Below, piece by piece: positions 8,604 to 18,539 of a DNA stretch of 64,000 bases. Both the position numbers and the translations under genes were made by a program. Position 1 is the stretch's first letter, and each line of letters begins with the position of its first letter. The stretch covers positions 173 through 64,172 of the forward strand of contig DDKN01000001.1 in NCBI GenBank assembly GCA_002339725.1, given 5' to 3'. The notes beneath the pieces are model-generated. The model searched no databases, was not told the origin of the DNA, and saw only the letters and a list, made by a program, of their open reading frames with translations. Source of the DNA: Thiobacillus sp. UBA2597 (GTDB taxonomy: Bacteria; Pseudomonadota; Gammaproteobacteria; Burkholderiales; Thiobacillaceae).

Positions 8604-10954
8604 CCAGCCGGCGCATGCCAATAGCGCGCCTGACGCACCCGGGCGTTCACCAGTTGGATGCCGGCCGGCGTCAGGCGCACTGATACGGCGCCGTCGCGGT
8701 CGGTGCGCAATACCGCGGCCTTCATCTCGACATAACGCCGCACCACCTCGGGCTTGGGGTGGCCGAAGCGGTTGCGCTGGCCGACCGGAATCAGCACCCA
8801 GCGCGGCTGCACCGCGGCGAGGAATTCCGGCATCGACGAGGTGCCGCTGCCGTGGTGCGGCGCGATCAGCAGTTCGGCCCTGAGTCTTTGCGGCACCCGC
8901 TCCAACAGGCTCAGCTCGCCCAGCCGCTCGATGTCGGCCGGGATCAATACCGCGCCATGCGCGCTCTCGATCTTGAGCACGCAAGCGCGATCGTTGTCGC
9001 GGTAACCGCGCTGGCGATAGTGCCCCGGCGTGGGGTGCAGCAGCTCGAAGCGCACGCCATCCCACACCCACTGCTGGCCGACCAGGCATGGCCTGAATGG
9101 CGCCCGGCTGACCAGGGCCTGCCCCAGCGGGCTCACCCAATCCGCCGGCAGGGCCGCGAACGGGGCCAGCGCCCAGGCCGGCGGGTGGCTGGCGAGCAGG
9201 CTCAGGGCACCGCCGCTGTGGTCGCTGTCGTCGTGGCTGACGATGAGGCCGTCGAGGCGCTGGATGCCTTGGGCATGGAGATAGGGTGCGATGACGCGGG
9301 CGCCGGCATCCTCACCCGAGGCATAGCGCGGCCCGGTGTCGTATAATAATACATGGCCGGCCGTACGCGCCACCAGGGCCTGGCCCTGGCCCACGTCGAG
9401 CAGGTCGAGCCAGAGCTCACCCGGCGCGGGCCGCTCCAGCGGGGGGAACAGCAAAGGCAGCAGCAGCACCAGACCGAGCCAGCGCCCCGGCACGCCGCGC
9501 GGCAGCATCGCGAGCGCCGCGCCCAACAGGGCGAGCAGCACCGCCCACGCCGGGGGCGCCGCGCCATGCCAGATCGGCTGCGGCAGGCCGTCGAGCCAGA
9601 TCAGCCCCTGCATGACCAGCGCGATCACGCCGTGTGCCAGCCAGGCCAGAGCGTCCCAGGGCAATAGCGCGGCGAGCAGCACCAGCGGCACCGCGCACCA
9701 GCTGATGAGCGGAATGGCGAAGGCGTTGGCCAGGGGCGAGACGAGCGAGACCTCGTGAAAGATCAGGAGCAGCACCGGCAGCAGGGCCAGGCTCACCGCC
9801 CATTGCGCCGCAAGCCAGCCGCGCCAGGCCGCCGGCCGGCCCAGGCGCCCCTGGGCCGCGAACAGCAGGGCCGCCACCGCGCCGAAGGAAAGCCAGAAAC
9901 CGGGTGACAGGGCGGCCCAGGGGTCGATCAGCACCACTGCAAACAAGGCCAGGGCGAGCACACGCGAGGCCGCGCCGGCGCGCTCGAGCCAGAGCATGAG
10001 CGCCGCCGCGGCCAACATGTAGAGCGTGCGCTGGGCCGGGATGCCGAAGCCGGCCAGGGCGACATAGCCGAGCGCCGCCGCCAGCCCGATGAGGGCACCC
10101 GCCTTCTGCGCCGGCAGACGCAGGGCGAGCGCGGGCCGCCGGCGCCAGATGAGCTGCACCAGACCATAGGCCAGGGCGGAAAACAGGGTGACGTGCAGGC
10201 CGGAGATCGACATCAGGTGGGTCACGCCGGTGTGGCGGAACAGGGTCCACTGGGCATCGGGGATGGCGTTCTGGTCGCCCACCGCCAGGGCGACGGCGAC
10301 GCCGGCATAGGGCTGGCCGGCCAGGGCCGTGGAGAGATGACGGCGGATCGCCTCGCGCGTGCGGTCGAGCGCCGCCCGCAGGGTGCCGCTGCAGTCGCTG
10401 GCCGGTGCCACGGCACCGACCAGCGTGCCGGTCGCCCGAATGTTGCGCTCCAGGAGCCAGCCTTCGTAATCGAAGCCGTGCGGGTTGACGCTGCCGTGCG
10501 GCCGCGCCAGGCGCGCCGTCAGGCGCAGGCAGTCGCCGCCGGACAGCGGTGGCAGCGGGGTCGCGTCGAGCTCAAAGCGGTTGAGCATGAGGCGCGCCGG
10601 CACCTGGGCCGCCGGCGTCAGCACCCGTTCGACCTGGAACAGGAAGCGCTCGCCGCGTCCGGTGGCCTCGGGCAGGCCGAGCACCCGACCCTGCAACTGC
10701 ACATCGCGCCCCTGCCAGGCCGGGCCCAGGGCATCGGCCAGACGCAGTTCGGCACGCCAGGCGGCATAGAAGAAACCGAGGCAGAGGCCCAATCCCAACC
10801 AGCCAAGGCCCTTGAGCCAGCGCGTGTCGGCCGGCAGCCAGGCGACCAGCAGGGCCAACAGCGGCAGCCCCCACAGCCAGCGCAAATCCGGCAGCCCGGC
10901 GCGCGTCTGCAACCAGGCCGCGCCCAGGGCGAAACCTAAGGCGATGACGCGCAT
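8600..10954 (-). CDS. comEC: DNA internalisation-related competence protein ComEC/Rec2
   Basis: 784 aa with a polytopic membrane core and a C-terminal metallo-beta-lactamase domain (LIVSHDDSDHSGG). Confidence 0.9.
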   Translation of the reverse strand: MRVIALGFALGAAWLQTRAGLPDLRWLWGLPLLALLVAWLPADTRWLKGLGWLGLGLCLGFFYAAWRAELRLADALGPAWQGRDVQLQGRVLGLPEATGRGERFLFQVERVLTPAAQVPARLMLNRFELDATPLPPLSGGDCLRLTARLARPHGSVNPHGFDYEGWLLERNIRATGTLVGAVAPASDCSGTLRAALDRTREAIRRHLSTALAGQPYAGVAVALAVGDQNAIPDAQWTLFRHTGVTHLMSISGLHVTLFSALAYGLVQLIWRRRPALALRLPAQKAGALIGLAAALGYVALAGFGIPAQRTLYMLAAAALMLWLERAGAASRVLALALFAVVLIDPWAALSPGFWLSFGAVAALLFAAQGRLGRPAAWRGWLAAQWAVSLALLPVLLLIFHEVSLVSPLANAFAIPLISWCAVPLVLLAALLPWDALAWLAHGVIALVMQGLIWLDGLPQPIWHGAAPPAWAVLLALLGAALAMLPRGVPGRWLGLVLLLPLLFPPLERPAPGELWLDLLDVGQGQALVARTAGHVLLYDTGPRYASGEDAGARVIAPYLHAQGIQRLDGLIVSHDDSDHSGGALSLLASHPPAWALAPFAALPADWVSPLGQALVSRAPFRPCLVGQQWVWDGVRFELLHPTPGHYRQRGYRDNDRACVLKIESAHGAVLIPADIERLGELSLLERVPQRLRAELLIAPHHGSGTSSMPEFLAAVQPRWVLIPVGQRNRFGHPKPEVVRRYVEMKAAVLRTDRDGAVSVRLTPAGIQLVNARVRQARYWHAPAG

Positions 10955-11023
10955 GTGCGGATTTTGTTAACCTCCCGTCACCGGCCCCTGTTGATCGAAC
11001 GGGGCCTTGTTTCGACTGTCCCG

Positions 11024-11587
11024 ATGCCGCGCAAACACTTCAGAAAATACCTGCCGACCCACCAGGCCGTCCATGACCACCGACACCTGCGCCATCTGCG
11101 GCCCCTGCTCAGGCACCACAACCTCTGGCACTTGAACCGCAACTCGGTGGCGGGCGGCGTGGCCGCGGGCATGTTTGCCGGTCTCATCCCGGGCCCGGTA
11201 CAGATGCTGGCAGGCGCCATTTTGGCCATCATCTTCCGGGTCAACCTGCCGGTGGCCATGGTCACCACCTGGTATACCAACCCCCTCACCTGGGGCCCGC
11301 TCATCGTCGCGGCCTATGCCATCGGCTCGCTGGTGACCGGCGAACCCATGGGCAAGGTCACCCAGTTCGAATTCGACTGGCGCGGCGGCGACTGGAGCAG
11401 CTTTCTGCCCAGCCTGTATCACTGGTTTCTCAACCTGGGCGAGACCTATCTGATCGGCAGCGTCATCCTCGGGCTCATCCTGGCCGCGCTCGGCTACGGC
11501 GCGGTCCAGCTCGCCTGGCGCCTGTATTTGTTGGCCTACATTCGGCGCCGCAAACGGCGCACCCCCAAGCCGGACAGTCCGGCCTGA
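11024..11587 (+). CDS. DUF2062 domain-containing membrane protein
   Basis: MPRKHFRKYLP...HLNRNSVAGGVAAGMFAGLIP is characteristic of DUF2062. ORF-internal ATG chosen as the start. Confidence 0.7.
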   Translation: MPRKHFRKYLPTHQAVHDHRHLRHLRPLLRHHNLWHLNRNSVAGGVAAGMFAGLIPGPVQMLAGAILAIIFRVNLPVAMVTTWYTNPLTWGPLIVAAYAIGSLVTGEPMGKVTQFEFDWRGGDWSSFLPSLYHWFLNLGETYLIGSVILGLILAALGYGAVQLAWRLYLLAYIRRRKRRTPKPDSPA

Positions 11588-11591
11588 TCGC

Positions 11592-12059
11592 TCAGCCTGA
11601 ATCCGGGTCGGACAGCTGTTTGAGTTTGCCGCTCGCGATGATGGCGTGCAGCAGCTTTTCCGCATCGCCGTGGAATTGCTTGAAGCTCACGCCGACCCGG
11701 AAGGCATTGTTGGCCAAATTGCAATACACCGCCTTGCCCACCAGTTCCAGGATGACCGGGGATTTGCCGTTGGGCTGGGGGATTTCCAGATAGACGTGAT
11801 AGTCCTGCCTGATCGGCACATTGATCTCGCAGATGATGGCCGCGCCCTGGACCGAGATATTGTCGGTCTTGCCCAGGTAACGCACATTGCCGTCGCGCGG
11901 ATCGACCAGGGCCGCGCGCCAGCGGGCAAGATAGCGGGCATGGGCCCGGCGCGCCTGAGCCTTGAGCGCCTGGCCATGAAAGGCGGTTTCCTCCCGCACG
12001 GCCGGCGCGGCGTTGGCCGCCTGTTCGGCCGCTGCCGGTTTATCCTCGGTCTCGCTCAC
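11592..12059 (-). CDS. PilZ domain-containing protein (putative c-di-GMP receptor)
   Basis: RxxxR-like RAHAR followed by DNISVQG (D/NxSxxG). Confidence 0.6.
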   Translation of the reverse strand: MSETEDKPAAAEQAANAAPAVREETAFHGQALKAQARRAHARYLARWRAALVDPRDGNVRYLGKTDNISVQGAAIICEINVPIRQDYHVYLEIPQPNGKSPVILELVGKAVYCNLANNAFRVGVSFKQFHGDAEKLLHAIIASGKLKQLSDPDSG

Positions 12060-12107
12060 ATCGCTCTCCTGGAAGGACGATACAGACGCACCATAGCACT
12101 GCTGCGT

Positions 12108-12815
12108 TCAAACTGTCATCGGGGCCAAGCCGCCGTCGCTCAGTTGCAGCACCCGCTGCATGCGTCCGGCCAGAATCGGGTCGTGGGTCACCACCAAAAA
12201 GCTCACTTTATGCCGCTCGCTCAGGTCGAGCAGCAGTTGCTGGATATGCTCGGCGGTGTGGCGGTCGAGGTTGCCGGTCGGCTCGTCCATCAGCACACAG
12301 GCCGGCCGGGTGACCAGGGCGCGCGCGATGGCGGCGCGCTGGCGCTCGCCGCCGGACAGCTCGCCCGGGCGGTGCTGCAGGCGATGGCCCAGACCCACCT
12401 CGGTCAACACCCGTTCGGCCTCGGAAAAGGCCGCCACCGGTTCCATGCGCCGGATGATGAGGGGCATGGCCGCGTTCTCCAGGGCGCTGAACTCGGGCAA
12501 AAGATGATGGAACTGATAGACGAAACCCAGCGCGCGGTTGCGCAGCTCGCCGCGGGCGACCTCGCTCAGGGCCCAGATGTCCTCGCCCTGCACCGTGACC
12601 TGGCCGGCATCGGGCCGGTCCAGCCCGCCCAGCACATGCAGGAGCGTGCTCTTGCCGGCGCCCGAGGCGCCCATCACCGCCACCCGCTCGCCCGGCTGGA
12701 TCGCCAGCTCGATCCCCGACAGCACCGGCACCTCGAGCCGGCCCTGCCAGTAGCTTTTCTTCAGGCCGGTGCAGGTCAACACCGCTCCAGCGCTGAGCGC
12801 TGCCTGCTCATTCAT
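12108..12815 (-). CDS. lolD: Lipoprotein-releasing ABC transporter ATP-binding protein LolD
   Basis: Walker [10 protein letters not shown], signature LSGGERQR, Walker [12 protein letters not shown]. 8-nt overlap with the upstream permease gene. Confidence 0.9.
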   Translation of the reverse strand: MNEQAALSAGAVLTCTGLKKSYWQGRLEVPVLSGIELAIQPGERVAVMGASGAGKSTLLHVLGGLDRPDAGQVTVQGEDIWALSEVARGELRNRALGFVYQFHHLLPEFSALENAAMPLIIRRMEPVAAFSEAERVLTEVGLGHRLQHRPGELSGGERQRAAIARALVTRPACVLMDEPTGNLDRHTAEHIQQLLLDLSERHKVSFLVVTHDPILAGRMQRVLQLSDGGLAPMTV

Positions 12816-14055
12816 ATCGGAGCGCCTCCGCCGGCTGGATGGTGGCCGCGCGCCGACTCGGGTAGAGCGTGGCCAGGAAGGACAGGATCAGGGCGACGCC
12901 GCCGATCCAGGCCACGTCGGACCAGACCAGCTTGGACGGCAATTCCGAGATGTAATAGACGTCGGCCGGGAACAGGTCCAGCCCGGCGGCCCGCTCGATC
13001 AGCGGCACCACGGTCTCGACATTGAGCGCCAGCAGCACGCCGCCGACCACGCCGAACAGGGTGCCGATCACCCCGATCAGGCTGCCCTGGACCATGAAGA
13101 TCTGCATGATGCTCGCCGGGCTGGCGCCCAGGGTGCGCAGGATGGCGATGTCGGCCTGCTTGTCGGTCACCGCCATGACCAGGGTGGACACGATGTTGAA
13201 TGCCGCCACCGCCACGATCAGGGTGAGGATGATGAACATCATGCGCTTCTCGATCTGCACCGCGCGGAAGAAATTGGCATGGCTCATGGTCCAGTCGCTG
13301 ATATAGAAATCGCCCCGCAGGCTGCGGGCGAATTCACGGGTCACCCAGGGCGCGCGGTCCATGTCGGCCAGCTTGACGCGCAGGCCGGACACCGCCTCGC
13401 CCAGGCGGTAGAGCCGCTGCGCGTCCTCGAGGTGGATCAGGGCCAGGCCGGCGTCGTATTCATACATGCCCATCTGGAACAGGCCGACCACGGTGAACTG
13501 CTTCATGCGCGGCAGCATGCCGGCCGGGGTGATCACGCCCTGCGGCGCGATCAGGGTCACCGCATCACCCACGTCCACGCCCAGGCTGTGCGCCAGTTCG
13601 GCACCGAGCACGATATTGAAGGCGCCGGGCTGCAGATCGGCCAGACGGCCTGCCTTCATGTGGCTGTCGAACGCCGCCACCTGCCCTTCCAGCTGCGGCA
13701 GCACGCCGCGCACCAGACCGCCCTTGGTCTCCGAACCGTAGGCGAGCAGGCCCTGGCTCAGGACATAGGGGGCAAGGCCGCGCACCTCGGGGTGCGCCTT
13801 CACCTGTTCGGCCAGCGCCGGCCAATCGGCCAAGCGGTTGTCCGGCCCGGAGATCTCCATGTGCGAGGCCACGCCCAGGATGCGGGTGCGCAGTTCCTGC
13901 TGAAAGCCGTTCATCACCGAGAGCACCACGATCAACGCCATCACGCCCAGGGCGATGCCGATCATCGAGGTCATGGAGATGAAGGAGATGAAATGGTTGC
14001 GCCGTTTCGCCCGCGTGTAGCGCAGGCCGATCCAGAGTTCGTAGGGGCGGATCAT
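12808..14055 (-). CDS. lolC: Lipoprotein-releasing ABC transporter permease LolC/LolE family
   Basis: [27 protein letters not shown] with an FtsX-type C-terminus ending LRYE. An alternative ATG lies at 14070. Confidence 0.88.
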   Translation of the reverse strand: MIRPYELWIGLRYTRAKRRNHFISFISMTSMIGIALGVMALIVVLSVMNGFQQELRTRILGVASHMEISGPDNRLADWPALAEQVKAHPEVRGLAPYVLSQGLLAYGSETKGGLVRGVLPQLEGQVAAFDSHMKAGRLADLQPGAFNIVLGAELAHSLGVDVGDAVTLIAPQGVITPAGMLPRMKQFTVVGLFQMGMYEYDAGLALIHLEDAQRLYRLGEAVSGLRVKLADMDRAPWVTREFARSLRGDFYISDWTMSHANFFRAVQIEKRMMFIILTLIVAVAAFNIVSTLVMAVTDKQADIAILRTLGASPASIMQIFMVQGSLIGVIGTLFGVVGGVLLALNVETVVPLIERAAGLDLFPADVYYISELPSKLVWSDVAWIGGVALILSFLATLYPSRRAATIQPAEALRYE

Positions 14056-14094
14056 TTCATAGCCAGCCATCGTGGCATGCGTGATTGCCCGTTT

Positions 14095-14183
14095 CCCTCA
14101 CCCACCGCTCTGCGGCGACCTCTCCCGGCGGGAGCGGTAAGAAGGAATCCCCTCTCCCCCCGGGAGAGGGGTGGGGGTGAGGG
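14095..14183. repeat. GC-rich palindromic REP-like element
   Basis: Outer arms CCCTCACCC / GGGTGAGGG enclose the inner hairpins CTCCCGGCGGGAG and CCCCTCTCCC-CCC-GGGAGAGGGG. Intergenic between the yjbQ-like gene and lolC. Confidence 0.7.
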
Positions 14184-14223
14184 AAACCCCGGCATATCGA
14201 ATGACGCGTTTGGGCCATTGATT

Positions 14224-14643
14224 TCATTCCCCGATCACATGCGCCGCCACCCGCCGCTGCTGCGGCGCGCGCCGGTGCTCGAACAGGTAGATGCCCTGCC
14301 AGGTGCCGAGCGCCAGGCGGCCGCCGGCGACCGGGATCGAGAGCTGGGTCTGGGTCAGGGCGGCGCGGACATGGGCCGGCATGTCGTCCGGCCCTTCCAG
14401 GGTGTGGCGGTAGATCGGATCGTGCTCCGGCACCAGACGGGACAGAAAGCGCTCGAGGTCGCCCCGCACGTCCGGATCGGCGTTTTCCTGCACCAGCAGG
14501 CTGGCCGAGGTGTGCTGCACGAACAGGGTAAGCAGGCCGGCCTGCACGCCACAGTGGGCGAGCCACTGGGACACCTGATCGGTAAAGGCATACAGCCCCT
14601 TGCCGCGGGTGTTGATATGGAACTGGCTCGTAAACTGCTGCAT
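14224..14643 (-). CDS. YjbQ/UPF0047 family protein (secondary thiamine-phosphate synthase-like)
   Basis: 139 aa. MQQFTSQFHINTRGKGLYAFTDQV...LFVQHTSASL...DMPAHVRAAL is typical of UPF0047. Confidence 0.8.
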   Translation of the reverse strand: MQQFTSQFHINTRGKGLYAFTDQVSQWLAHCGVQAGLLTLFVQHTSASLLVQENADPDVRGDLERFLSRLVPEHDPIYRHTLEGPDDMPAHVRAALTQTQLSIPVAGGRLALGTWQGIYLFEHRRAPQQRRVAAHVIGE

Positions 14644-14668
14644 GGTGGGATTGTAACTGGACTCAACA

Positions 14669-14694
14669 CAAAAAAAGCCGGCCGCAGCCGGCTT
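14669..14694 (-). terminator. Rho-independent terminator downstream of the DUF2189 gene
   Basis: The minus strand reads AGCCGGC-TGCG-GCCGGCT followed by seven T residues. It sits 20 nt after the stop at 14714. Confidence 0.75.
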
Positions 14695-14713
14695 GCTCAA
14701 GGCGCGGGTGCGC

Positions 14714-15496
14714 TCATCCGGCCTGGACCAGATCGCGATAGGCGTGCCAGCTGGCATGGCCGAGCAGCGGGAAGATGATGACCATGCCGACGAACAGGGT
14801 GGCGATACCGATGGCCGCCAGTATCACGATGAGCGCGGCCCAGAGCAGCATGACCGCCGGATTCTGGCGCACCACGGTCAGGCTGGTGATCACGGCGGTG
14901 ACCACGTCGACCTTGCGGTCCATCATCATGGGCAGGGAGACGACGCTGATGGCGAACACCAAGGCGGCCAGCAGCGCACCGAAGCCGATATAGGCGGCGA
15001 CAAACTGCCAGTGCTCGGCGACCCAGAGCACGTTGAAGCTGAACGGGCCCAGGCTCACCACATCACCCCGCAGCATGAGGGCGACCAGGATGGCGGAGAG
15101 GCGCTCCCAGCCGCTCAGGATGAAGGCCAGCAGCAGGCCAAACAGACCGATCGAAGCCGCGTTGTTGCGGATGCAGGAGAACACCTTGTCCTCGCCGGCC
15201 GCCTTCCTGTCCTCCAGCTTGCAGGAGATGCCATAAAAGCCGATGGCCAGGAATGGCGCGATCAGCAGGAAGCCCGCAGTCAAGGCCATGGCCAAATGGC
15301 TTTTATAGAGGAAATGGCTGACGATGGCGTAGCCGAACAGCGAGAACACCATGCCCAGGGTCAGGGAAAGCGGCCAGTTGCGGCCGAAATCGGTGAGACC
15401 CGCGCGCAACCAGGCAAAGGGATGTGACCAGGACACGCGATAGACGCAGGGCAGTTCGATGTGCTGACTGGTGGGACAGACTTCGGTGCGACTCAT
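14714..15496 (-). CDS. DUF2189 domain-containing integral membrane protein
   Basis: WSHPFAWLRAGLTDFGRNWPLSLTLGMVFSLFGY followed by multiple TM helices. GGAGG lies 6 nt upstream of the ATG at 15496. Confidence 0.7.
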   Translation of the reverse strand: MSRTEVCPTSQHIELPCVYRVSWSHPFAWLRAGLTDFGRNWPLSLTLGMVFSLFGYAIVSHFLYKSHLAMALTAGFLLIAPFLAIGFYGISCKLEDRKAAGEDKVFSCIRNNAASIGLFGLLLAFILSGWERLSAILVALMLRGDVVSLGPFSFNVLWVAEHWQFVAAYIGFGALLAALVFAISVVSLPMMMDRKVDVVTAVITSLTVVRQNPAVMLLWAALIVILAAIGIATLFVGMVIIFPLLGHASWHAYRDLVQAG

Positions 15497-15699
15497 GACA
15501 TGCCTCCTCGACGGTTGGGGTGAAAATTCCACCCGAGTAATGCCTATTGGTATGACTTCAGCTTAATCGTGGAATCGCCCCGGGTGCAACACCCGGGCCC
15601 GGTATGTCCCTACCAAGTGAACCGGCTCGATTAGAATGGCTCAAACACATCGTGCGTGGCGGCCGCCCTGGCCAGCCACATCATGACAAGGAAGCAACC

Positions 15700-16776
15700 A
15701 TGACCACGTATGCCGAATACAAGCGCCTGGGCCAGAGTCTTTGGCTCGACAACCTCTCGCGCAGCCTGCTCAAGGAGGGCGGCCTGGCCCGTTACATCGA
15801 GGCGGGGGTGAGCGGGGTCACCTCCAACCCCACCATCTTCCACAAGGCGGTCAGTGAAAGCCCCTATTACCGCGAGGAGCTGAACCGGCTGAAGGCCAGC
15901 GAGCCGGACCCGGAAAAACGTTACGAGGCCCTGGTGATCGAGGACATCCGCGCCGCCTGCGACCTGCTGCGCCCGGTGCATGAGGCCAGTGCCGGCGATG
16001 ACGGCTATGTCAGCCTGGAGGTCGCCCCGCGCCTGGCGCACGACAGCGCCGCCACCGTGGCGGAGGCCAAACGCCTGACGGCCCTGGTCGGGCGCGACAA
16101 TCTGCTGATCAAGGTGCCGGCCACCCCGGCTGGCGTGGCCGCCTTCGAGCAGCTCACCGCCGAGGGCTATCGGCTCAACATCACCCTGCTGTTTTCCCTG
16201 GACCAGACCCGGCGCGTGTTCGAGGCCTATCTGCGCGGGGCGCACGCCTGGCTGGCCCGGGGCGGCGATGCCAAACGCCTGAAAGCGGTGGCCAGTTTGT
16301 TCCTGTCCCGGGTCGACACCCTGGCCGACCAGCGGCTGGAGGCCATCGGCAGCGCCGAGGCCCTGGCCTTGCGCGGCAAGAGCGCAGTGGCCATGGCCAA
16401 GATGGCCTATCACCATTACCAGGCCCTGTTCCACGGCCCCGCCTTCGCCGAGCTCAAGCAGCATGGGGTGCGGCCGCAATATCTGCTCTGGGCCAGCACC
16501 GGCACCAAGAACCCCGCCTACAGCGATCTGCACTACGTCGAGCCCCTGGTCGGACCGGAGACCATCAACACCCTGCCGGACAAGACCCTGCTCGCCGTGG
16601 CGGACCACGGCCATCCCCAGCCCACACTGACCCAGGGCCTGGCCGAGGCAGAGGTCCATCTCGCCCGGCTCGAGGCGCTCGGCATCGCGCCCGAACCGCT
16701 GGGCGAGCAACTGCAGGTCGAGGGCCTGCGCCTGTTCAGCCAATCCTTCGACCAGCTGATCGACCTGATGCGCTGA
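15700..16776 (+). CDS. tal: Transaldolase
   Basis: LGQSLWLDNLSR...VSGVTSNPTIF...LIKVPAT motifs. AGGAAG RBS upstream of the ATG. Confidence 0.9.
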   Translation: MTTYAEYKRLGQSLWLDNLSRSLLKEGGLARYIEAGVSGVTSNPTIFHKAVSESPYYREELNRLKASEPDPEKRYEALVIEDIRAACDLLRPVHEASAGDDGYVSLEVAPRLAHDSAATVAEAKRLTALVGRDNLLIKVPATPAGVAAFEQLTAEGYRLNITLLFSLDQTRRVFEAYLRGAHAWLARGGDAKRLKAVASLFLSRVDTLADQRLEAIGSAEALALRGKSAVAMAKMAYHHYQALFHGPAFAELKQHGVRPQYLLWASTGTKNPAYSDLHYVEPLVGPETINTLPDKTLLAVADHGHPQPTLTQGLAEAEVHLARLEALGIAPEPLGEQLQVEGLRLFSQSFDQLIDLMR

Positions 16777-16812
16777 CCGCGCTGCAAGACCCGAGGCATT
16801 CCCTTGGCGGCC

Positions 16813-17730
16813 ATGCTGCACCTCATCCTGCCCACGCGATCGAGCCTGCGCGCTGCGGACCTGCCGCCCGCCCTGGCCGCCCTGCTGGCGCGCGGCGCGG
16901 CCGATCCGGCGCCGGCAGACAGCCTGGCGCAGGCCCTGTGCCGCGCCACGCGCATCGACCCCTGTCCGCTTGCCGCCCTTTCGCTGCTGGAAGAGGGCGG
17001 CACGCCGGGCGATGCCTATTGGCTGCGGGCCGACCCGGTGTATCTGCATCTGAACATCGACCAACTGGTGCTGACCGACCCGCGCGACCTGGCCCTGACG
17101 GCCGACGCGGCCAAGGCGCTGTGCGCCAGTCTCAACGCGCATTTTCGCGCCGACGGCCTGGAGCTGCTGGCGCCGGCCCCAGACCGCTGGTATCTGCGGC
17201 TGGAACGGGAACCGGCCCTTCACACCACGGCGCTTGGCCGGGTCATCGGTCAGGGCATCCAGCCGCATCTGCCCAGCGGCCCCGAGGCCGCGCGCTGGCG
17301 CAGCATCATGAACGAGGCCCAGATGCTGCTGTTCGAGCATCCGGTCAACCAGGCCCGGGAAGCCGAGGGCCTGCCACCGGTCAACAGCCTTTGGTTCTGG
17401 GGCGGCGGTTTTCTGCGCGCACTCGAGCCAACGCGCGCTGTGAGGCTTTATGGCCCGCCGCTTCCGGGTGCCGCCCCCCTGCCCGCGACGCTGGATGAAC
17501 TCGACCCCGCCCGCGAGGCGGTCGTGGTGCTCGAGGGGCTGCGCGGCCTGAGCGGCACGGCGCTGGCAGCGCAACTTTTGCGCTACGAGACGGCCTGGTT
17601 CGCCCCGGCCCTGGCGGCGCTCAAAAGCCGGCGGCTGGCCGGCCTCACGCTCTACCTCACCGGCGATCAGCCGGCCCAGCATTACCTGCGCCCCCGGCAC
17701 GCCTGGCGCTTCTGGCGCCGAGCCCAATAG
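16813..17730 (+). CDS. Conserved hypothetical protein
   Basis: 305-aa ORF with coding-type GC3. WLRADPVYLHL and NSLWFWGGG motifs recall a betaproteobacterial family variously annotated as RpfE-type regulatory or phosphoglycerate-mutase-like. That name is from memory only. Confidence 0.5.
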   Translation: MLHLILPTRSSLRAADLPPALAALLARGAADPAPADSLAQALCRATRIDPCPLAALSLLEEGGTPGDAYWLRADPVYLHLNIDQLVLTDPRDLALTADAAKALCASLNAHFRADGLELLAPAPDRWYLRLEREPALHTTALGRVIGQGIQPHLPSGPEAARWRSIMNEAQMLLFEHPVNQAREAEGLPPVNSLWFWGGGFLRALEPTRAVRLYGPPLPGAAPLPATLDELDPAREAVVVLEGLRGLSGTALAAQLLRYETAWFAPALAALKSRRLAGLTLYLTGDQPAQHYLRPRHAWRFWRRAQ

Positions 17731-17787
17731 CGAATGCCGGCCGGCGGCTGGTTTCCTTCGGCCGCGCGCCCTGATACAAACGAACCA

Positions 17788-17805
17788 TATAAGAATTTTC
17801 TTATA
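17788..17805. promoter_or_regulatory. Palindrome TATAAGAA-TT-TTCTTATA in an AT-rich patch upstream of the rhodanese gene
   Basis: 8-bp perfect arms about 77 nt upstream of the ATG at 17882. It is the only AT-rich patch in this intergenic region. Confidence 0.35.
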
Positions 17806-17881
17806 TTCTTGTATTCTGCTTTTGCCTGGCGCCTCGCCGTCGATCCAAGGTGCCATCCAATCAACGATTCGAAAGGGATCC

Positions 17882-18493
17882 ATGAACAGCTTGCTCAAAC
17901 TCCTCGCCGCCGGCCTGCTGGCCAGCGCCTTGACCGCCCACGCCGCCGAGGTCGATCCGGCCAGCGTGCCCGAGAAGAAGCGCACGGTTTTGGCCAAGTA
18001 TCTCAATGCCGCCGATGTGCCCGGCTTTATCGCCCAGCAGGGCAGGAACGTGCTGTTCATCGACGTGCGCACCCCGCAGGAATTGCAACTGGTGGGCTTT
18101 GCCCAGGGCATCGACGCCAACATCCCCATCGTCCATTTCCGCTACGACCGCTGGAACGAAAAACTGGGCGACTTCGACAACGAGGTGAACCCCGACTTCG
18201 TCAGCCAGGTCGAGAATTTGGCCTTCGAGCGCGGGGTGGACACCAACGCGGCGATCGTGGTGATGTGCCGCTCGGGCGACCGCAGCACCAAGGCCGTCAC
18301 CCTGCTGAGCGAGGCCGGCTACAAAAACGTCTGGAGCGTGGTCGACGGCTTCGAGGGCGACATGGCGAGCAGCGGACCGAACAAGGGCAAGCGTAACGTC
18401 AACGGCTGGAAGAACGCCGGTCTGCCCTGGGCCTACAAGCCGGGCAAGCCCCTGTTCCACCTGAGCACGCTCAAATCCGACGCCGTGCGCTGA
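17882..18493 (+). CDS. Periplasmic rhodanese-like sulfurtransferase domain protein
   Basis: Signal peptide MNSLLKLLAAGLLASALTAHA and rhodanese active-site loop CRSGDRS. Confidence 0.8.
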   Translation: MNSLLKLLAAGLLASALTAHAAEVDPASVPEKKRTVLAKYLNAADVPGFIAQQGRNVLFIDVRTPQELQLVGFAQGIDANIPIVHFRYDRWNEKLGDFDNEVNPDFVSQVENLAFERGVDTNAAIVVMCRSGDRSTKAVTLLSEAGYKNVWSVVDGFEGDMASSGPNKGKRNVNGWKNAGLPWAYKPGKPLFHLSTLKSDAVR

Positions 18494-18520
18494 CGGACCG
18501 GCGCGCTGACGGTCTGGCGC

Positions 18521-18539
18521 AGCCGGCCTCAGGCCGGCT
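18521..18539. terminator. Hairpin between convergent genes (possible bidirectional terminator)
   Basis: AGCCGGCC-TCA-GGCCGGCT. The loop is the stop codon of the methyltransferase gene. There is no T-tract. Confidence 0.3.

Noticed and set aside
15631-18129. 832-aa ORF on the minus strand spanning tal, the hypothetical gene and the rhodanese gene
   Set aside because: It crosses three well-supported plus-strand genes and two intergenic regions, and its composition is low-complexity. High-GC artefact.
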